Positions 1-10,944 of a DNA stretch of 64,000 nt are shown here, piece by piece (position 1 is the stretch's first letter; each line of letters begins with the position of its first letter). A model generated the notes under the pieces. That model was not told where the DNA came from, did not search any database, and saw only the letters and a list, made by a program, of their open reading frames with translations. This DNA is from Alphaproteobacteria bacterium (GTDB lineage Bacteria > Pseudomonadota > Alphaproteobacteria > SP197): NCBI GenBank assembly GCA_965228895.1, contig OZ245842.1, positions 2,400,001 to 2,464,000 of the forward strand. The letters run 5' to 3'. The position numbers were made by a program, and so were the translations under genes.

Positions 1-873
1 GGCCTCTCGCCCTTCCGCACCGGGGTCGCGGCATAAATGCAACCCTTCCGGGCGTATCAAAACATCGACTCGCTCGCCATTCACCATGCCCGCCGCCGCG
101 ACGGGGCCGATGGCCGATTCCGCCACTTCGTTCGTGACGGTGCCGTGCAGCCAGTTCACGTCGCCCAGGAACTTGGCGACAAACGCCGATTGCGGCCGTC
201 GATAGACCTGATCGGGCCGACCGAGTTGCACCAAGTGCCCCCGCTGCAGCACGGCGATGCGGTCGCCCATATACATGGCCTCTTCGGCGTCATGGGTGAC
301 GACCAGTGCCGTCGCCCCGGCACGGCGCAGGATTGTTAGGGTTTCCTCGCGGACCTCCTCGCGAAGGCGCACATCCAGACCAGAGAATGGCTCATCCAGC
401 AGGATCACACCCGGCTGGGGCGCCAGCGCGCGCGCCAACGCAACCCGCTGCTGCTCGCCACCCGACAGCATATGCGGGTACTTGGCGGCATAATCGGCAA
501 GACCGACGAGATCCAGGAACTCGCCGGTCAGACGCTTGCGGGTCGCGCTGTCGCGCCCGCGCAGGCCAAAGGCGACGTTATCGGCCACGGTCATATGCGG
601 AAACAGCGCGAAGTCCTGGAACACCAGCCCGACGCAGCGCTTCTCCGGCGGCACGTCGACACCGGGCCCGGCAACCAGTCGGTCGCCAATCTGGATTTCG
701 CCCTGCTGCAAGGTCTCAAGACCCGCCGCGACGCGAAGCGCCGTTGTCTTGCCGCAGCCTGACGGGCCGACCAGGCAGCAGACTTCGCCGTCGTCGATCT
801 CGAACGACAGATCCGTCAGGGCCGGTACGTCGCCATAGCGATGGCTGACGTGGCGAAAGGCAAGGCCGGTCAT
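1..873 (-). CDS. ABC transporter ATP-binding protein (FbpC/PotA-like, probably Fe3+), runs off the window start
   Basis: Not in the ORF track; translated by hand from ATG at 873: MTGLAFRHVSHRYGDVPAL...GPSGCGKTT (Walker A), VFQDFALFPH (Q-loop), LSGGEQQRVALARAL (signature), ILLDEPFSGLD (Walker B). Confidence 0.9.
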   Translation of the reverse strand, partial: MTGLAFRHVSHRYGDVPALTDLSFEIDDGEVCCLVGPSGCGKTTALRVAAGLETLQQGEIQIGDRLVAGPGVDVPPEKRCVGLVFQDFALFPHMTVADNVAFGLRGRDSATRKRLTGEFLDLVGLADYAAKYPHMLSGGEQQRVALARALAPQPGVILLDEPFSGLDVRLREEVREETLTILRRAGATALVVTHDAEEAMYMGDRIAVLQRGHLVQLGRPDQVYRRPQSAFVAKFLGDVNWLHGTVTNEVAESAIGPVAAAGMVNGERVDVLIRPEGLHLCRDPGAEGREA

Positions 874-908
874 CGGTGCCTTCGTGCGGTTGTTGGTCGA
901 AACAATGT

Positions 909-927
909 GATGCGACTTATTCTTAAT
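909..927. promoter_or_regulatory. Possible Fur-family (alphaproteobacterial-type) operator
   Basis: AT-rich imperfect dyad GATGCGACTTATTCTTAAT upstream of the FbpC-like gene; partial match to the AATGCGAGTCACTCGCATT-type consensus as I recall it. Confidence 0.35.
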
Positions 928-1016
928 TACAACTGTTTAGGAGGCGTGACCACGCGTCTCATCACGTTTACCGTCGCGACGCCGCCGACGCCAGCAACGT
1001 TTGCCAAGGACACCCG

Positions 1017-1739
1017 ATGCCCCTCCCGAACAAGGTTGATGCCATTACCTTCGATTGTTTCGGCACACTGATCGACTGGAATCGCGGCATAGGCTCCATT
1101 GTGGGGCGCTGGGCGGCGGACCATGGTCTGGCCGCGAGCGCCGACAAACTGACGACTGAGTTCGCGGCCGCGCAACGCCGCCATCAGATCGCCAAGCCGT
1201 TCAAGTCCTATCGCACTGTCTTACGCGACGCCTTTTTGGATTTGGCAGCGGATCACGGCGTCGGCGATTCACACGATGATGCCGTCGCATTTGGCGCCAG
1301 CGTCGCGGATTGGCCGGCCTTCGACGATACGGTGGCCGGCCTTCGCACGTTGAAACAAACAGCGGTCCTGGGCGTGATGTCCAACGTCGATAACGAGAGT
1401 TTCAAACGGGTCCACGCCGAACGCCTCGATGGCCTGATCGACATCATCGTTACGGCCGATGACGTGCGTGCTTACAAGCCCGACCTCGCCCTGTTCGATG
1501 CCATGGCTTCAGCGCTCGATGCCCGCGGTATCGATCGAAGCGGATGGCTTCACGTGGCACAAAGCCAGTTCCACGACATCGTGCCGTGCCACAAACTGGG
1601 GCTCGCCTGTGTCTGGCTCGACCGTGTCGGCGACCGGCCGGAGCGCGGCATGACAATGGCGACAGACGAATTGGAGCCGGACCTCAGGGTCGATACGCTT
1701 GATGAATTCGTGGCGGCGCTGGCGGCGGCACGAGGCTGA
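1017..1739 (+). CDS. HAD-superfamily hydrolase, haloacid dehalogenase type II-like
   Basis: FDCFGTLIDW motif I, SNVD motif II, YKPD motif III, WLHVAQSQFHD. Confidence 0.88.
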   Translation: MPLPNKVDAITFDCFGTLIDWNRGIGSIVGRWAADHGLAASADKLTTEFAAAQRRHQIAKPFKSYRTVLRDAFLDLAADHGVGDSHDDAVAFGASVADWPAFDDTVAGLRTLKQTAVLGVMSNVDNESFKRVHAERLDGLIDIIVTADDVRAYKPDLALFDAMASALDARGIDRSGWLHVAQSQFHDIVPCHKLGLACVWLDRVGDRPERGMTMATDELEPDLRVDTLDEFVAALAAARG

Positions 1740-1742
1740 GAC

Positions 1743-2372
1743 CTAGTCTTCGGCGCTGCTGTCGTCGTCGCCGTTTTCGTCATCGTCGTCACCGGCCAAC
1801 GCGTCCTCGTGATCCCTGAGACGGCCGACCGGCGGCAGGTCCGGTCTTGGATCGAGCAGTCCCGACGCTTTCATCTCCTCACGGCCTGGCAGATCGTCCA
1901 GCGATTCCAGGCCGAAGTGCTGCAGGAACTCGTCGCTGGTGCGCCACTGCAGCGGTCGACCGGGCGTGCGCTTGCGTCCACCGGGGCGAATCCAGCCAAT
2001 TTCCAGCAGCAGATCGATGGTGCCCTTGGAAAGGCCGACGCCGCGGATCTCCTCGATCTCGGCGCGCGTGATCGGCTGATGAAACGCGATGATCGAGAGC
2101 GTTTCGAGCGCCGCGCGCGACAGGCGACGGGCGCGTTTGATCTTGATCTTCAGGCGCGGGCCGATGTCTTCGGCGGTGCGGAAACTCCACTTGCCGCCGA
2201 TCTTGGTCGGCGCCACGCCACGGCCGCTGTAATGGGACGAAAGTTCGCCCAACAGCGCCGGCACGTCGGCCTTGGATGGCAGCCGCTCGGCGATTTGTTC
2301 TTCCGACACTGGCTCGGGCGAAGCGAACAACAGCGCCTCGACAATGCGAATGTTCAAATCCGGTTCGTTCAT
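1743..2372 (-). CDS. scpB: SMC-Scp complex subunit ScpB
   Basis: IVEALLFAS, LSRAALETLSIIAFHQPITRAEIEEIRGV, PGRP..W.T...FL.HFGL. Start moved to ATG 2372, which overlaps the scpA stop. Confidence 0.95.
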   Translation of the reverse strand: MNEPDLNIRIVEALLFASPEPVSEEQIAERLPSKADVPALLGELSSHYSGRGVAPTKIGGKWSFRTAEDIGPRLKIKIKRARRLSRAALETLSIIAFHQPITRAEIEEIRGVGLSKGTIDLLLEIGWIRPGGRKRTPGRPLQWRTSDEFLQHFGLESLDDLPGREEMKASGLLDPRPDLPPVGRLRDHEDALAGDDDDENGDDDSSAED

Positions 2373-3196
2373 GACGCCCCCTCGCCGTTCGGTGACCGCA
2401 CCTGGATCGGCGAGAACGTGCCGGTCTGCCGCAACTCGATGCGGCCCTGGCGTGCCAACTCCAAACTGGCCGCGAAGGTCGACGAAACGGCGGATCGGTA
2501 GACAAGGCTGTCTTTGATCTCGGCCGGCAACAGCGCGAACATGTCCTGCCAATCCGGCAGATGCCCGACCAGCTTGGTGAGCCGCAGCAGCGCGTCCTCC
2601 ATGGAATGGAGCGTGACCGGCGCGGGCCGGTAGTCGCCCCCGCCTTTTCTCTTTTCGTGCGTCGTATAGGCGCGCAACAGCTCGAAGAGGTTGGCGCTCC
2701 ACGTCCATTCGGTCTCGACCGGCAGCCCCTCGGCGTTACCACAGCGAAACACTTCGCTGCCCAGTTGCGGGCGCTGCAGCAGGAGCCGCGCGCCGTCGCG
2801 GATGGCTTCGAGGCGGCGCAGGTGAAACTGCAGCGCCTCGGCCATCAGTTCGGGGCTGGGTTCTTCCTCTTCTTCCTCCGGCAGCAGCAGCCGGGATTTC
2901 AGATAGGCGAGCCACGCCGCCATCACCAGGTAGTCGGCCGCCAGATCGAGCCGGATGCCCTGGGCCTTGGCGATGAACGCCAGATACTGGTCGGCCAGTT
3001 GCAGGATCGAGATCTGGGTCAGGTCGACCTTCTGCTGACGGGCGAGCGACAGCAGGACATCGAGCGGGCCTTCGAACCCGCCGAGATCGACAATGAAAGC
3101 GCCGGCTGCCCCCGGCACCTCGCGCTGACCGGGCCAGGGGTCCTCAAAGGCCTCCTGGGCCACCGCCTGCTCGGTTTCCTGCTCTACTGTCGTCAA
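2369..3196 (-). CDS. scpA: Segregation/condensation protein ScpA
   Basis: FEGPLDVLLSLARQQKVDL, AADYLVMAAWLAYLKSRLLLP. Likely TTG start at 3196 overlapping the upstream stop (ORF open to 3262). Confidence 0.95.
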   Translation of the reverse strand: MTTVEQETEQAVAQEAFEDPWPGQREVPGAAGAFIVDLGGFEGPLDVLLSLARQQKVDLTQISILQLADQYLAFIAKAQGIRLDLAADYLVMAAWLAYLKSRLLLPEEEEEEPSPELMAEALQFHLRRLEAIRDGARLLLQRPQLGSEVFRCGNAEGLPVETEWTWSANLFELLRAYTTHEKRKGGGDYRPAPVTLHSMEDALLRLTKLVGHLPDWQDMFALLPAEIKDSLVYRSAVSSTFAASLELARQGRIELRQTGTFSPIQVRSPNGEGAS

Positions 3197-3888
3197 CCGC
3201 TTAATCCCGCCGCACGAATAAGGATATCGCTCACAAAGTCGACCGGCGGCAAGAGAATCCATCGAAGAATATTCAGATCGATCCCCAACTGCCCCCCGAT
3301 CAAAGGCGGTAGAGCCAGGAGCGCGATCAGGATCAACAGGCCGTAACGCTCGAGTTTCAGGTATTCCCGCGCCTGCGCCGTCGGCAGCAGGCCGGCCACG
3401 ACACGGCTGCCGTCAAGCGGCGGCAGCGGCAGCATGTTAAAGACAGCCAGTATGATGTTGAGAATAAAGGCGTTCTGGAGGTTGGCCACGATCCAATCCT
3501 GGCTGCTGCCGGCCGGCAGGAGCGGCACCAGGTGAAACAGGAGCGCGGCCGCGAACGCCATGGCGATGTTGATGCCGGGGCCTGCCATAGCGACCCAGAT
3601 CATGTCGCGTTTCGGCTGCCGCAGCCGCGCGAAGTTGACGGGCACCGGTTTGGCATACCCGAACAGAAATGGCGCGCCCGCCAGCAGCAGCATGCCGGGA
3701 AGCAGGATCGTACCAAACGGGTCGATATGACTGATCGGATTGAAGGTTACGCGGCCCAGACGTTGCGCCGTGTCGTCGCCCAGTTTCAGGGCGACCCAAC
3801 CATGGGCAGCCTCATGCAGCGTGATCGCCGTGATCGCCGGGATCAGCCAAACGGAGATCGTGTAGAGGATGCCAGCAACATCGCCCAT
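3193..3888 (-). CDS. Site-2 protease family (M50) membrane metalloprotease
   Basis: TLHEAAHG (HExxH), AGPGIN, FNMLPLPPLDG motifs; hydrophobic segments. Confidence 0.93.
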   Translation of the reverse strand: MGDVAGILYTISVWLIPAITAITLHEAAHGWVALKLGDDTAQRLGRVTFNPISHIDPFGTILLPGMLLLAGAPFLFGYAKPVPVNFARLRQPKRDMIWVAMAGPGINIAMAFAAALLFHLVPLLPAGSSQDWIVANLQNAFILNIILAVFNMLPLPPLDGSRVVAGLLPTAQAREYLKLERYGLLILIALLALPPLIGGQLGIDLNILRWILLPPVDFVSDILIRAAGLSG

Positions 3889-4898
3889 CAGTGAACCGCC
3901 TCGCCCATGAGCGAACTCAGCCGGTCAAGTGCTTTGGCGCGGTCGAAGCCCTTTTCAGGCGTCGGGTGCGCAGACTTTGCAGCGGCCAACCGGCGTTCGG
4001 CCTCGCGACTCAGCTCCGGCACCGCATCACTGACCGCGCGGCGAATGTCGAGCGGCGCGTTGCAATGCATGGCGATGTCGCAGCCGGCTTCCAAACAACG
4101 CACCGCGCGCTCAACATGACTGCCGGACAGCGCCTGCATGTCCAGCGCATCGGTGGTGAGCACGCCGTCAAACCCGATGGCACCGCGGATGACCTCGCTG
4201 ATGACGATCGGCGACAAGGTCGCCGGTGCAGTGGGATCGATGGCGCTATAGACCGCATGCGCCGTCATGCCCCAGGCCTGGTCCCGCAGCGCTATGAACG
4301 GCACGAGATCCGTGGTTTCGAGCTCCTCGAGCGAGGCGTCGATCACCGGCAGCGTGACATGCGGATCGGCCTGAACCCGGCCATAACCCGGCATGTGTTT
4401 GATGATCGGCTGAACACCGCCGGCTGCAAGACCGTTGGCACCGGCGCGGCCCAAAACAATCACACGCTCGGGATCAGCGTGATAGGCGCGGTTGCCGATC
4501 ACGTTATCGGCGCCCGCCAGCCTGAGGTCCAGGCAAGGCGCGCAGTCGACGTTGATGCCGCAGGCCGCCATGTCGTCCGCCATGATGCGGTTCGCCAGAA
4601 ACACGGCCTCCGTGGCATCGTCTTCTGCCAGAGAGCCAAGCCTGCCGGCAGCCACGCCGCCCCAGAAATGCGGCTGACGCAGACGCGCGACGCGACCGCC
4701 TTCCTGATCGACCATGACCGGCGCGTCATCGCGCCCGACGACGGCGCGGAAGTCGCCGGTGAGTTTCGCGACCTGCTCAGCCGTGTCGATGTTGCGCGCG
4801 AACAGAATGATACCGAGCGGATCGTCGTCTTTGAGCCAGCGCGCTTCGGCGTCACTGAGGGTCAGGCCCTCAAGGTCCGTGATCAGGGCTCTGGGCAT
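3888..4898 (-). CDS. nagZ: Beta-N-acetylhexosaminidase (GH3)
   Basis: GIILFARN, DQEGGRVARL, KHMPGYG...DPH, TDALDMQAL; conserved synteny. Start at MPRAL (ORF open to 4931). Confidence 0.93.
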   Translation of the reverse strand: MPRALITDLEGLTLSDAEARWLKDDDPLGIILFARNIDTAEQVAKLTGDFRAVVGRDDAPVMVDQEGGRVARLRQPHFWGGVAAGRLGSLAEDDATEAVFLANRIMADDMAACGINVDCAPCLDLRLAGADNVIGNRAYHADPERVIVLGRAGANGLAAGGVQPIIKHMPGYGRVQADPHVTLPVIDASLEELETTDLVPFIALRDQAWGMTAHAVYSAIDPTAPATLSPIVISEVIRGAIGFDGVLTTDALDMQALSGSHVERAVRCLEAGCDIAMHCNAPLDIRRAVSDAVPELSREAERRLAAAKSAHPTPEKGFDRAKALDRLSSLMGEAVH

Positions 4899-4905
4899 AA
4901 AGCCG

Positions 4906-5925
4906 TCAAGGCGCCACGATGATGCATTCAACCTGACGGACTTTCAGGCTGTCACAAACGCTGCGCGCCTCGGCGTCTGACGCGAACGGGCCAACTTGCA
5001 GACGGTAAAACGTCCCGTTGCTCAGCACCGCCTCGTCAATCACCGGCTGGTAGGCGCCAAGGATGTCGCGGAACCGCGCCTGCAGGCTGCCCCACGCTTC
5101 CATGGCCTTGGCTTCCGAGCCGAAGGAGGCGATCTGGATCTTGGTGCCGTCGCCGGCTCCCGCCGAGGGCGCGGGCGCCTGAGCACCATCGCCACCCAAA
5201 CTGGCCGCGACATCATCGAACGAGATTTCGCCGCCTGTCTCCGTCTCGGCTACCTCTTCGGTTGTCACGGCGCCGCCGGCGGCGCCAGGTTTGGCCGGTG
5301 CAACTGGCGGCAGCGGCGGCACCGGCAAAGAGCTTGCAATATCCACGCTTTGCGCATCGGCTTCGCTGCCGACCAGCTCGCCCTCCGTATCCTCGATCAC
5401 GATGTCACCGGCAGCGGTGGTGTCCTCGACGTCGATGACGGGAACCTCAGAGTCGATGGTCTCGGCCTCGGCCACCTGGGACGGCTCAAGCGGCTCCTCT
5501 GGGCCGGGCAGCAAGACCTCGAAGTTCTCACCACCGGCTGCTTCGTCTTCGTCCATCGCTTCCAAGACCTCAATGTCCTGGTATGGCACCTCAAGCCCGC
5601 CGGGATCGTCAGGGCGCGCCTTGTAGGGCGTCGGATCCGCGGTCATCAATGGCACGTCGACCGGCTGGCGCGATGACTCCGTCACGCCCAGGAACATGGC
5701 AGCACCTAGGCCACCAGCACCGACGGCCGCAATGATCGCCAGGGCAGCCAGCACCTTGAACGGGATGCGCCGGGGCTCGCGGTCGTCGTCCTCATAAACC
5801 TCGGCGGCCGGTTCCGCTTCGTACACGTCCTCGGCTTCCGGCTCGACATCGAGCAGATTGACGTCCTTCGTGAGACGCGGTTCAGGACGGCCTTGTGACC
5901 CGAAAAGTTTCGGTTCCTCGCGCAT
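4906..5925 (-). CDS. SPOR domain cell-division protein (FtsN-like)
   Basis: Single TM helix, P.K.RP.DPGG motif, acidic linker, C-terminal IQIASF...FYRLQVGPF...C..LK....C SPOR domain; lies between argS and nagZ. Confidence 0.88.
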   Translation of the reverse strand: MREEPKLFGSQGRPEPRLTKDVNLLDVEPEAEDVYEAEPAAEVYEDDDREPRRIPFKVLAALAIIAAVGAGGLGAAMFLGVTESSRQPVDVPLMTADPTPYKARPDDPGGLEVPYQDIEVLEAMDEDEAAGGENFEVLLPGPEEPLEPSQVAEAETIDSEVPVIDVEDTTAAGDIVIEDTEGELVGSEADAQSVDIASSLPVPPLPPVAPAKPGAAGGAVTTEEVAETETGGEISFDDVAASLGGDGAQAPAPSAGAGDGTKIQIASFGSEAKAMEAWGSLQARFRDILGAYQPVIDEAVLSNGTFYRLQVGPFASDAEARSVCDSLKVRQVECIIVAP

Positions 5926-7692
5926 TCAGCGCATCTCCTCCACCGGTTCAACGCCAATTATGCCCAACCCGGCGGCGATCACCTGACGCACGCCGCTGAT
6001 CAGCGCAAGCCGTGCGTGGGTCACCTCTTTGTTGTCGTCGATCATGAACCGGAGCGACGGGTCGTCGCGACCGAGGTTCCACAGACTATGGAACGCCGAG
6101 GCCAGCTCATGCAGGTAGGTCGCGATGCGATGGGGTTCGTGCGCCTCGGCAGCGCCCTCGACAATGCGCGGCCACAGCGACATCTGTTTGATCAGCGCCA
6201 GTTCGTCGGGATGGGTCAGCGGCGCCAGATCAACCTTCGTCAGATCGTCGGTCGAAAAACCGGCCTCGCGCGCCAGGCGCATGACCGAGCAAACGCGCGC
6301 ATGGGCGTATTGCACATAGAAGACCGGATTGTCCTTCGACTGCTCCTTGACCTTGATCAGGTCGAAGTCGAGCGGCACGTCGGAACGACGCGTCAGCATG
6401 ATGAAGCGCAGGACATCCTTGCCGACCGCGTCGACCACGTCACGCACGGTGACGAACCGCCCTGCCCGCTTCGACATGCGTAACGGCTCGCCATCCTCAA
6501 AGAGATTGACGAGTTGGGTGAGCACGATATCGAATTCGGCCTTACCGCCAGAGAGCGCGGCGACCGAGGCCTTCAGGCGTTTCACGTGTCCGGCATGATC
6601 GGCGCCGAACACATCTATGATGACGTCGTAGCCGCGGCTAACCTTATCGTTGTGATAGGCAATATCGGGCGCGAAGTAACTCCATGAGCCGTCCGACTTC
6701 TTGAGCGCGCGATCGAGATCGTCGCCAAACGCCGTCGACTTGAACAGGGTCTGGGGCACGGGCTCCCAGTCGTCCGGCTTCATGCCCTTCGGCGGCTCCA
6801 GAACACCGGTATAGATAAGCCCTTTTTCATCAAGAGCCTTGAGACAGGCCTCGACACTGCCTGACTCGACCAAGGCCCGTTCGGACGAGAAGATCTCCTG
6901 GGTGATGCCGACAGTGGCCAGATCCTCGCGGATCAGGTCCATCATCGCATCGATGACCGCATGGCGGACCGGAATGAGCGCGTCGGGCAAAGCGCCACCG
7001 CGCTGGGCGCCGCCGACGGCGGCCTTCAGTGCAGGCCCATGCTTTTCTGCCAGGTTGCGGCCGACCGCAATCAGGTAATCGCCTGGATAAAGGCCTTCAT
7101 AGGCGTCTTCGGCCACGGTCTCGCCGAGCGCTTCGAGATAACGCAGATAGGCCGACCATGTCAGCGTATCGACCTGGGCGCCGGCATCGTTGATGTAGTA
7201 CTCGCGTGTGACATCGAAACCGACCGCCTCGAACAGCGAGGCCAGGACGTCGCCATAGATGGCGCCCCGTGCGTGGCCGACATGCAGCGGCCCGGTCGGG
7301 TTGGCCGAGACGTATTCGACATTGGCGGTACGCCCCTGGCCGATATCACCGAGCAGCGCCATAGGTCCCCGGCTCAGCAGTTCCGCCAGCCGTTCGTGCC
7401 AGAAGGCATCGGCCAGGCGGATGTTGACGAAACCCGGGCCCGCCACGTCCGTCGCCGCCACATCCGCGCCTTCCAAGCCTTCGGCAATGCGCTGGGCGAG
7501 ATCGCGCGGTTTCTCGCCGACCTGCTTGGCCAGGACCAGGGCCGCGTTCGTCGCGACGTCGCCATGGGCGGGATCGCGCGGCGGCTCGGCCATGATGCGG
7601 CTGACATCGACGTCGGCCGACCATGCGCCGGCCGCGTGCATGGCTTTCACCAGCTCCTGAACTCTTTCCTGGAAATGACTGTAAACATTCAT
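5926..7692 (-). CDS. argS: Arginine--tRNA ligase
   Basis: [18 protein letters not shown] (HIGH), [18 protein letters not shown]. Confidence 0.98.
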   Translation of the reverse strand: MNVYSHFQERVQELVKAMHAAGAWSADVDVSRIMAEPPRDPAHGDVATNAALVLAKQVGEKPRDLAQRIAEGLEGADVAATDVAGPGFVNIRLADAFWHERLAELLSRGPMALLGDIGQGRTANVEYVSANPTGPLHVGHARGAIYGDVLASLFEAVGFDVTREYYINDAGAQVDTLTWSAYLRYLEALGETVAEDAYEGLYPGDYLIAVGRNLAEKHGPALKAAVGGAQRGGALPDALIPVRHAVIDAMMDLIREDLATVGITQEIFSSERALVESGSVEACLKALDEKGLIYTGVLEPPKGMKPDDWEPVPQTLFKSTAFGDDLDRALKKSDGSWSYFAPDIAYHNDKVSRGYDVIIDVFGADHAGHVKRLKASVAALSGGKAEFDIVLTQLVNLFEDGEPLRMSKRAGRFVTVRDVVDAVGKDVLRFIMLTRRSDVPLDFDLIKVKEQSKDNPVFYVQYAHARVCSVMRLAREAGFSTDDLTKVDLAPLTHPDELALIKQMSLWPRIVEGAAEAHEPHRIATYLHELASAFHSLWNLGRDDPSLRFMIDDNKEVTHARLALISGVRQVIAAGLGIIGVEPVEEMR

Positions 7693-7696
7693 CTTA

Positions 7697-8875
7697 TTAA
7701 CCTACAGCAACCCGGGCATGTTCGTCACGGGCAAAGCGGTCCGTCATGCCGGCGATGTAATCGGCGACAACGCGCGCGCGGCCGCTTTCGTCGCGATCGG
7801 CGGCACGACGCGACCATTCGTCGGGCATCCGCGCCGGTTGCGCCATAAACCGCGTGAACAAGCCCCTCACCACCGCCTCGGCGTCGCGGCGCCCCCGAAT
7901 GACCCGCTCGTGGTGGTACATGTTGGCAAACAGCCAGGCTTTCAGCTCCCGGTTCGCCTGATCGATGGCCGGGCTGAAGGCCACCACCGGCGCACCGTGC
8001 CAGCGGATGTCATCGACAGAGCCGACCCCTGATTCGGCCAGCCTGAGGCCGGTTTCCTCGGTCAGGTCGGAAACCAGCCGACCGATGATCCGCCTGACGG
8101 TCTCCTGCACCAAACGCGCCGTCTCGACCCCATCATAGGTGGCGTGAACGTCACGAACGGCGTCGCCTGCCAGCGGCACATCGGCCAGATCGTCGAGATC
8201 GAACAGCGACGCCCGCAGGCCATCGTCGATATCGTGGCTGTGGTAGGCGATATCGTCGGCCAAGGCCGCGATCTGGGCCTCGGCACTGGCATAAGTGTCG
8301 ACTTCCAGGTCGTGCGCCGCGCAATAGCGGCGGATTGCCTGGGGGACGCCCTTTTCGGCCGGTCCATCGATCACGGGTCCGTTGTGTTTCACGACGCCTT
8401 CCAAGGTTTCCCAGGTCAGATTGAGCCCATCGAACGCGGCATACCGGGTCTCGAGCTCGGTCAGAATACGGAACGTCTGGACGTTGTGGTCGAAGCCGCC
8501 AAAAGGCTGCATTTCGGCGTCCAACGCATCCTCGCCCGCATGTCCGAACGGGGTGTGCCCCAAGTCATGGGCCAGCGCAAGGGCTTCGGCCAAGTCCTCG
8601 TTCAACCCCAGGCTTCGGCACACGGAACGCGCGATCTGCGCCACTTCCAGGCTGTGGGTCAGCCGCGTCCGGTAATGATCGCCTTCGGTGGTCACAAAGA
8701 CCTGGGTCTTGTGCATCAAGCGCCGGAACGCCCGGCAATGGACAACCCGGTCGCGATCGCGCTGAAACACGGATCTCGCGGGGCTTTCCGGCTCGGGAAA
8801 CCGGCGGCCACGGCTTTCCTCGGGCCGGCAGGCATAGGCTGCCAATCGGGGTCCAAAGCCTTCGGTTGCACTCAT
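7697..8875 (-). CDS. dgt: Deoxyguanosinetriphosphate triphosphohydrolase-like protein
   Basis: [43 protein letters not shown]. Confidence 0.95.
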   Translation of the reverse strand: MSATEGFGPRLAAYACRPEESRGRRFPEPESPARSVFQRDRDRVVHCRAFRRLMHKTQVFVTTEGDHYRTRLTHSLEVAQIARSVCRSLGLNEDLAEALALAHDLGHTPFGHAGEDALDAEMQPFGGFDHNVQTFRILTELETRYAAFDGLNLTWETLEGVVKHNGPVIDGPAEKGVPQAIRRYCAAHDLEVDTYASAEAQIAALADDIAYHSHDIDDGLRASLFDLDDLADVPLAGDAVRDVHATYDGVETARLVQETVRRIIGRLVSDLTEETGLRLAESGVGSVDDIRWHGAPVVAFSPAIDQANRELKAWLFANMYHHERVIRGRRDAEAVVRGLFTRFMAQPARMPDEWSRRAADRDESGRARVVADYIAGMTDRFARDEHARVAVG

Positions 8876-8925
8876 GCCGTGAACCTAGTGCCCCCGCCGG
8901 TTCTGGGCAATGCGTAGCCCACGAA

Positions 8926-8953
8926 TTGACAAAAGCGGCGGCCGTCATACATT
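8926..8953 (+). promoter_or_regulatory. Candidate sigma70 promoter for erpA
   Basis: TTGACA-N16-TACATT upstream of AAGGA RBS and ATG 8979. Confidence 0.45.
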
Positions 8954-8978
8954 GAAGGGGCGGACGAAGGATGAACAC

Positions 8979-9332
8979 ATGAATGCAGAGACCCCCACGG
9001 CCGGCATTGCGGTGACCGAAAGCGCCGCAAAACGCATTGGCGAGATCATGGCGTCGGAATGCGGCGACCCTGGGGCGGGACGCCTCCGGATTGTCGTCAC
9101 CGGCGGCGGGTGCTCAGGGTTTCAGTACCATTTCAAGATCGATGAAGGCCCGGAAGACGGCGATATCGAATATGAGCGCGACGCCGCCAAGGTGGTCGTT
9201 GACGATATCTCGCTGCAGTACATCGCGGGATCCGAGCTCGATTTTATCCAGAATCTCGAAGGCGCCTACTTCGCGCTCAACAACCCCAACGCCACCTCAT
9301 CCTGCGGCTGCGGCACGTCCTTCGCGATCTAG
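8979..9332 (+). CDS. erpA: A-type Fe-S cluster insertion protein (HesB/IscA/ErpA)
   Basis: GGGCSGFQY and NPNATSSCGCGTSF; dgt-erpA-xth synteny. Confidence 0.93.
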   Translation: MNAETPTAGIAVTESAAKRIGEIMASECGDPGAGRLRIVVTGGGCSGFQYHFKIDEGPEDGDIEYERDAAKVVVDDISLQYIAGSELDFIQNLEGAYFALNNPNATSSCGCGTSFAI

Positions 9333-9356
9333 CCTCGGTTTCGGCCCGGCCTGGGC

Positions 9357-10124
9357 ATGACCACCGCGCGGCGTCTGTTCGACGCCCATTTTCACATCAT
9401 CGATCCCCGTTTTCCGCTGGTTGCGAACAACGGCTATCTGCCGCCGGCCTTCACCGCGGCCGACTACCGGGATCGCGCCGGCCCAATGGGCATCTGCGGC
9501 GGCGCAGTGGTCAGCGGATCGTTCCAGGCATTTGACCAGGACTACCTGACCGACGCATTGGCGGTCTTGGGACCATCCTATGTCGGCGTCACCCAACTGC
9601 CGGCGGACACGCCCGACGCAACGATCCTGTCCCTCGACCAATCCGGCGTCAGGGCGGTGCGATTCAATCTCCGGCGCGGCGGCTCGGAAGGTCTCGACAG
9701 TATTGAGCGGATGGCGCGTCGGGTTCATGACCTCGCCGGCTGGCATGTCGAGATCTATGCCGACGCCGCGAACCTCGCGCCACATCTGACCATGCTGAAA
9801 ACCCTGCCCCAAGTCGTGATCGATCATCTCGGCCTGTCCGAGGCGGGGCAACCGGTCCTGCTCGATCTCGCCAGTCATGGCGCCAAGGTGAAGGCGACCG
9901 GTTTCGGCCGTCTCGACTTCGATATCGCCGCCTCCCTTAAAGCCATCGACGCAACGAACCCCGATGCGCTGATGTTCGGTACCGATATGCCGTCGACCCG
10001 AGCGCCACGCCCGTTTCAAGCGAGCGATATCGACTTTATCGCGTCGGCCGTCGGCGAGGATGGTCTCGCACGTGTGCTGCACGACAACGCGGCCGCTCTT
10101 TACCGGCCAAAGGACGCTGCTTGA
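9357..10124 (+). CDS. Amidohydrolase_2 family protein (2-pyrone-4,6-dicarboxylate lactonase-like)
   Basis: FDAHFHI, RAVRFN, IDHLG, FGTDMP. Confidence 0.85.
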   Translation: MTTARRLFDAHFHIIDPRFPLVANNGYLPPAFTAADYRDRAGPMGICGGAVVSGSFQAFDQDYLTDALAVLGPSYVGVTQLPADTPDATILSLDQSGVRAVRFNLRRGGSEGLDSIERMARRVHDLAGWHVEIYADAANLAPHLTMLKTLPQVVIDHLGLSEAGQPVLLDLASHGAKVKATGFGRLDFDIAASLKAIDATNPDALMFGTDMPSTRAPRPFQASDIDFIASAVGEDGLARVLHDNAAALYRPKDAA

Positions 10125-10161
10125 GCTTTTGAAGCGTCTACCCGTGCTCTAAGGTGGCGTC

Positions 10162-10944
10162 ATGAAAATCGCTACCTGGAACGTGAATTCCATCAAGGCC
10201 CGCCTGCCCAACGCGTTGGCGTGGCTCTCGTCGTTTTCGCCTGATGTCGTCCTGCTCCAAGAGCTCAAATGCGTCGATGAGAAGTTCCCGCGCATGGAGA
10301 TCGAGGAGCTCGGGTACAACGTCGAGACCCACGGGCAGAAGACCTATAACGGCGTCGCCATCCTCTCGAAGCGGCCGATCGAGGTTGAGCGTCGCGGCCT
10401 GCCGGGCAACGAAGGGGACGAACAGGCCCGTTACATCGAGGCTTTCACGGGCGGCATTCGGGTCGCCAGCATCTATCTGCCGAACGGCAACCCGACCAAC
10501 ACCGACAAGTTCCCCTATAAGCTCGGCTGGATGGAAAAGCTGATCCATCACGCGCGTGAACTCCTCGCGCTTGAGGAGCCGGTCGTGTTGGCCGGCGACT
10601 ACAACGTCTGCCCGACAGACGCCGACGTCTATGATCCCGCCGGCTGGACCGACGACGCGTTGTGCCGCCCAGAGAGCCGGGCGCATTTCCGCACCCTCAT
10701 GTATCTCGGCTTCACCGATGCCTTTCGCGTGTTGAACCCCGAGCCCCATCGCTACAGCTTTTGGGACTATCAGGGCGGCGCCTGGCAACGCGACAACGGC
10801 CTCAGGATTGACCACCTCATGCTGTCGCCGCACGCCGCCGACAGGTTGAAGGCTTCGGGCATCGACCGTGATCCGCGCGGCGAAGAAAAAGCTTCCGATC
10901 ACACCCCCGTTTGGTGTGAACTGGATGATCAGGAACCGCAGTAA
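10162..10944 (+). CDS. xth: Exodeoxyribonuclease III
   Basis: IATWNVNSI, LQELK, YNGVAILS, GDYN, GLRIDH, SDHTPV. Confidence 0.96.
   Translation: MKIATWNVNSIKARLPNALAWLSSFSPDVVLLQELKCVDEKFPRMEIEELGYNVETHGQKTYNGVAILSKRPIEVERRGLPGNEGDEQARYIEAFTGGIRVASIYLPNGNPTNTDKFPYKLGWMEKLIHHARELLALEEPVVLAGDYNVCPTDADVYDPAGWTDDALCRPESRAHFRTLMYLGFTDAFRVLNPEPHRYSFWDYQGGAWQRDNGLRIDHLMLSPHAADRLKASGIDRDPRGEEKASDHTPVWCELDDQEPQ

Noticed and set aside
37-848. Plus-strand ORFs in the track at the window start
   Set aside because: They are antisense to the clear ABC ATPase on the minus strand.
2373-2708. N-terminal extension of ScpB in the ORF track
   Set aside because: It overlaps scpA in another frame; the real start is the coupled ATG at 2372.
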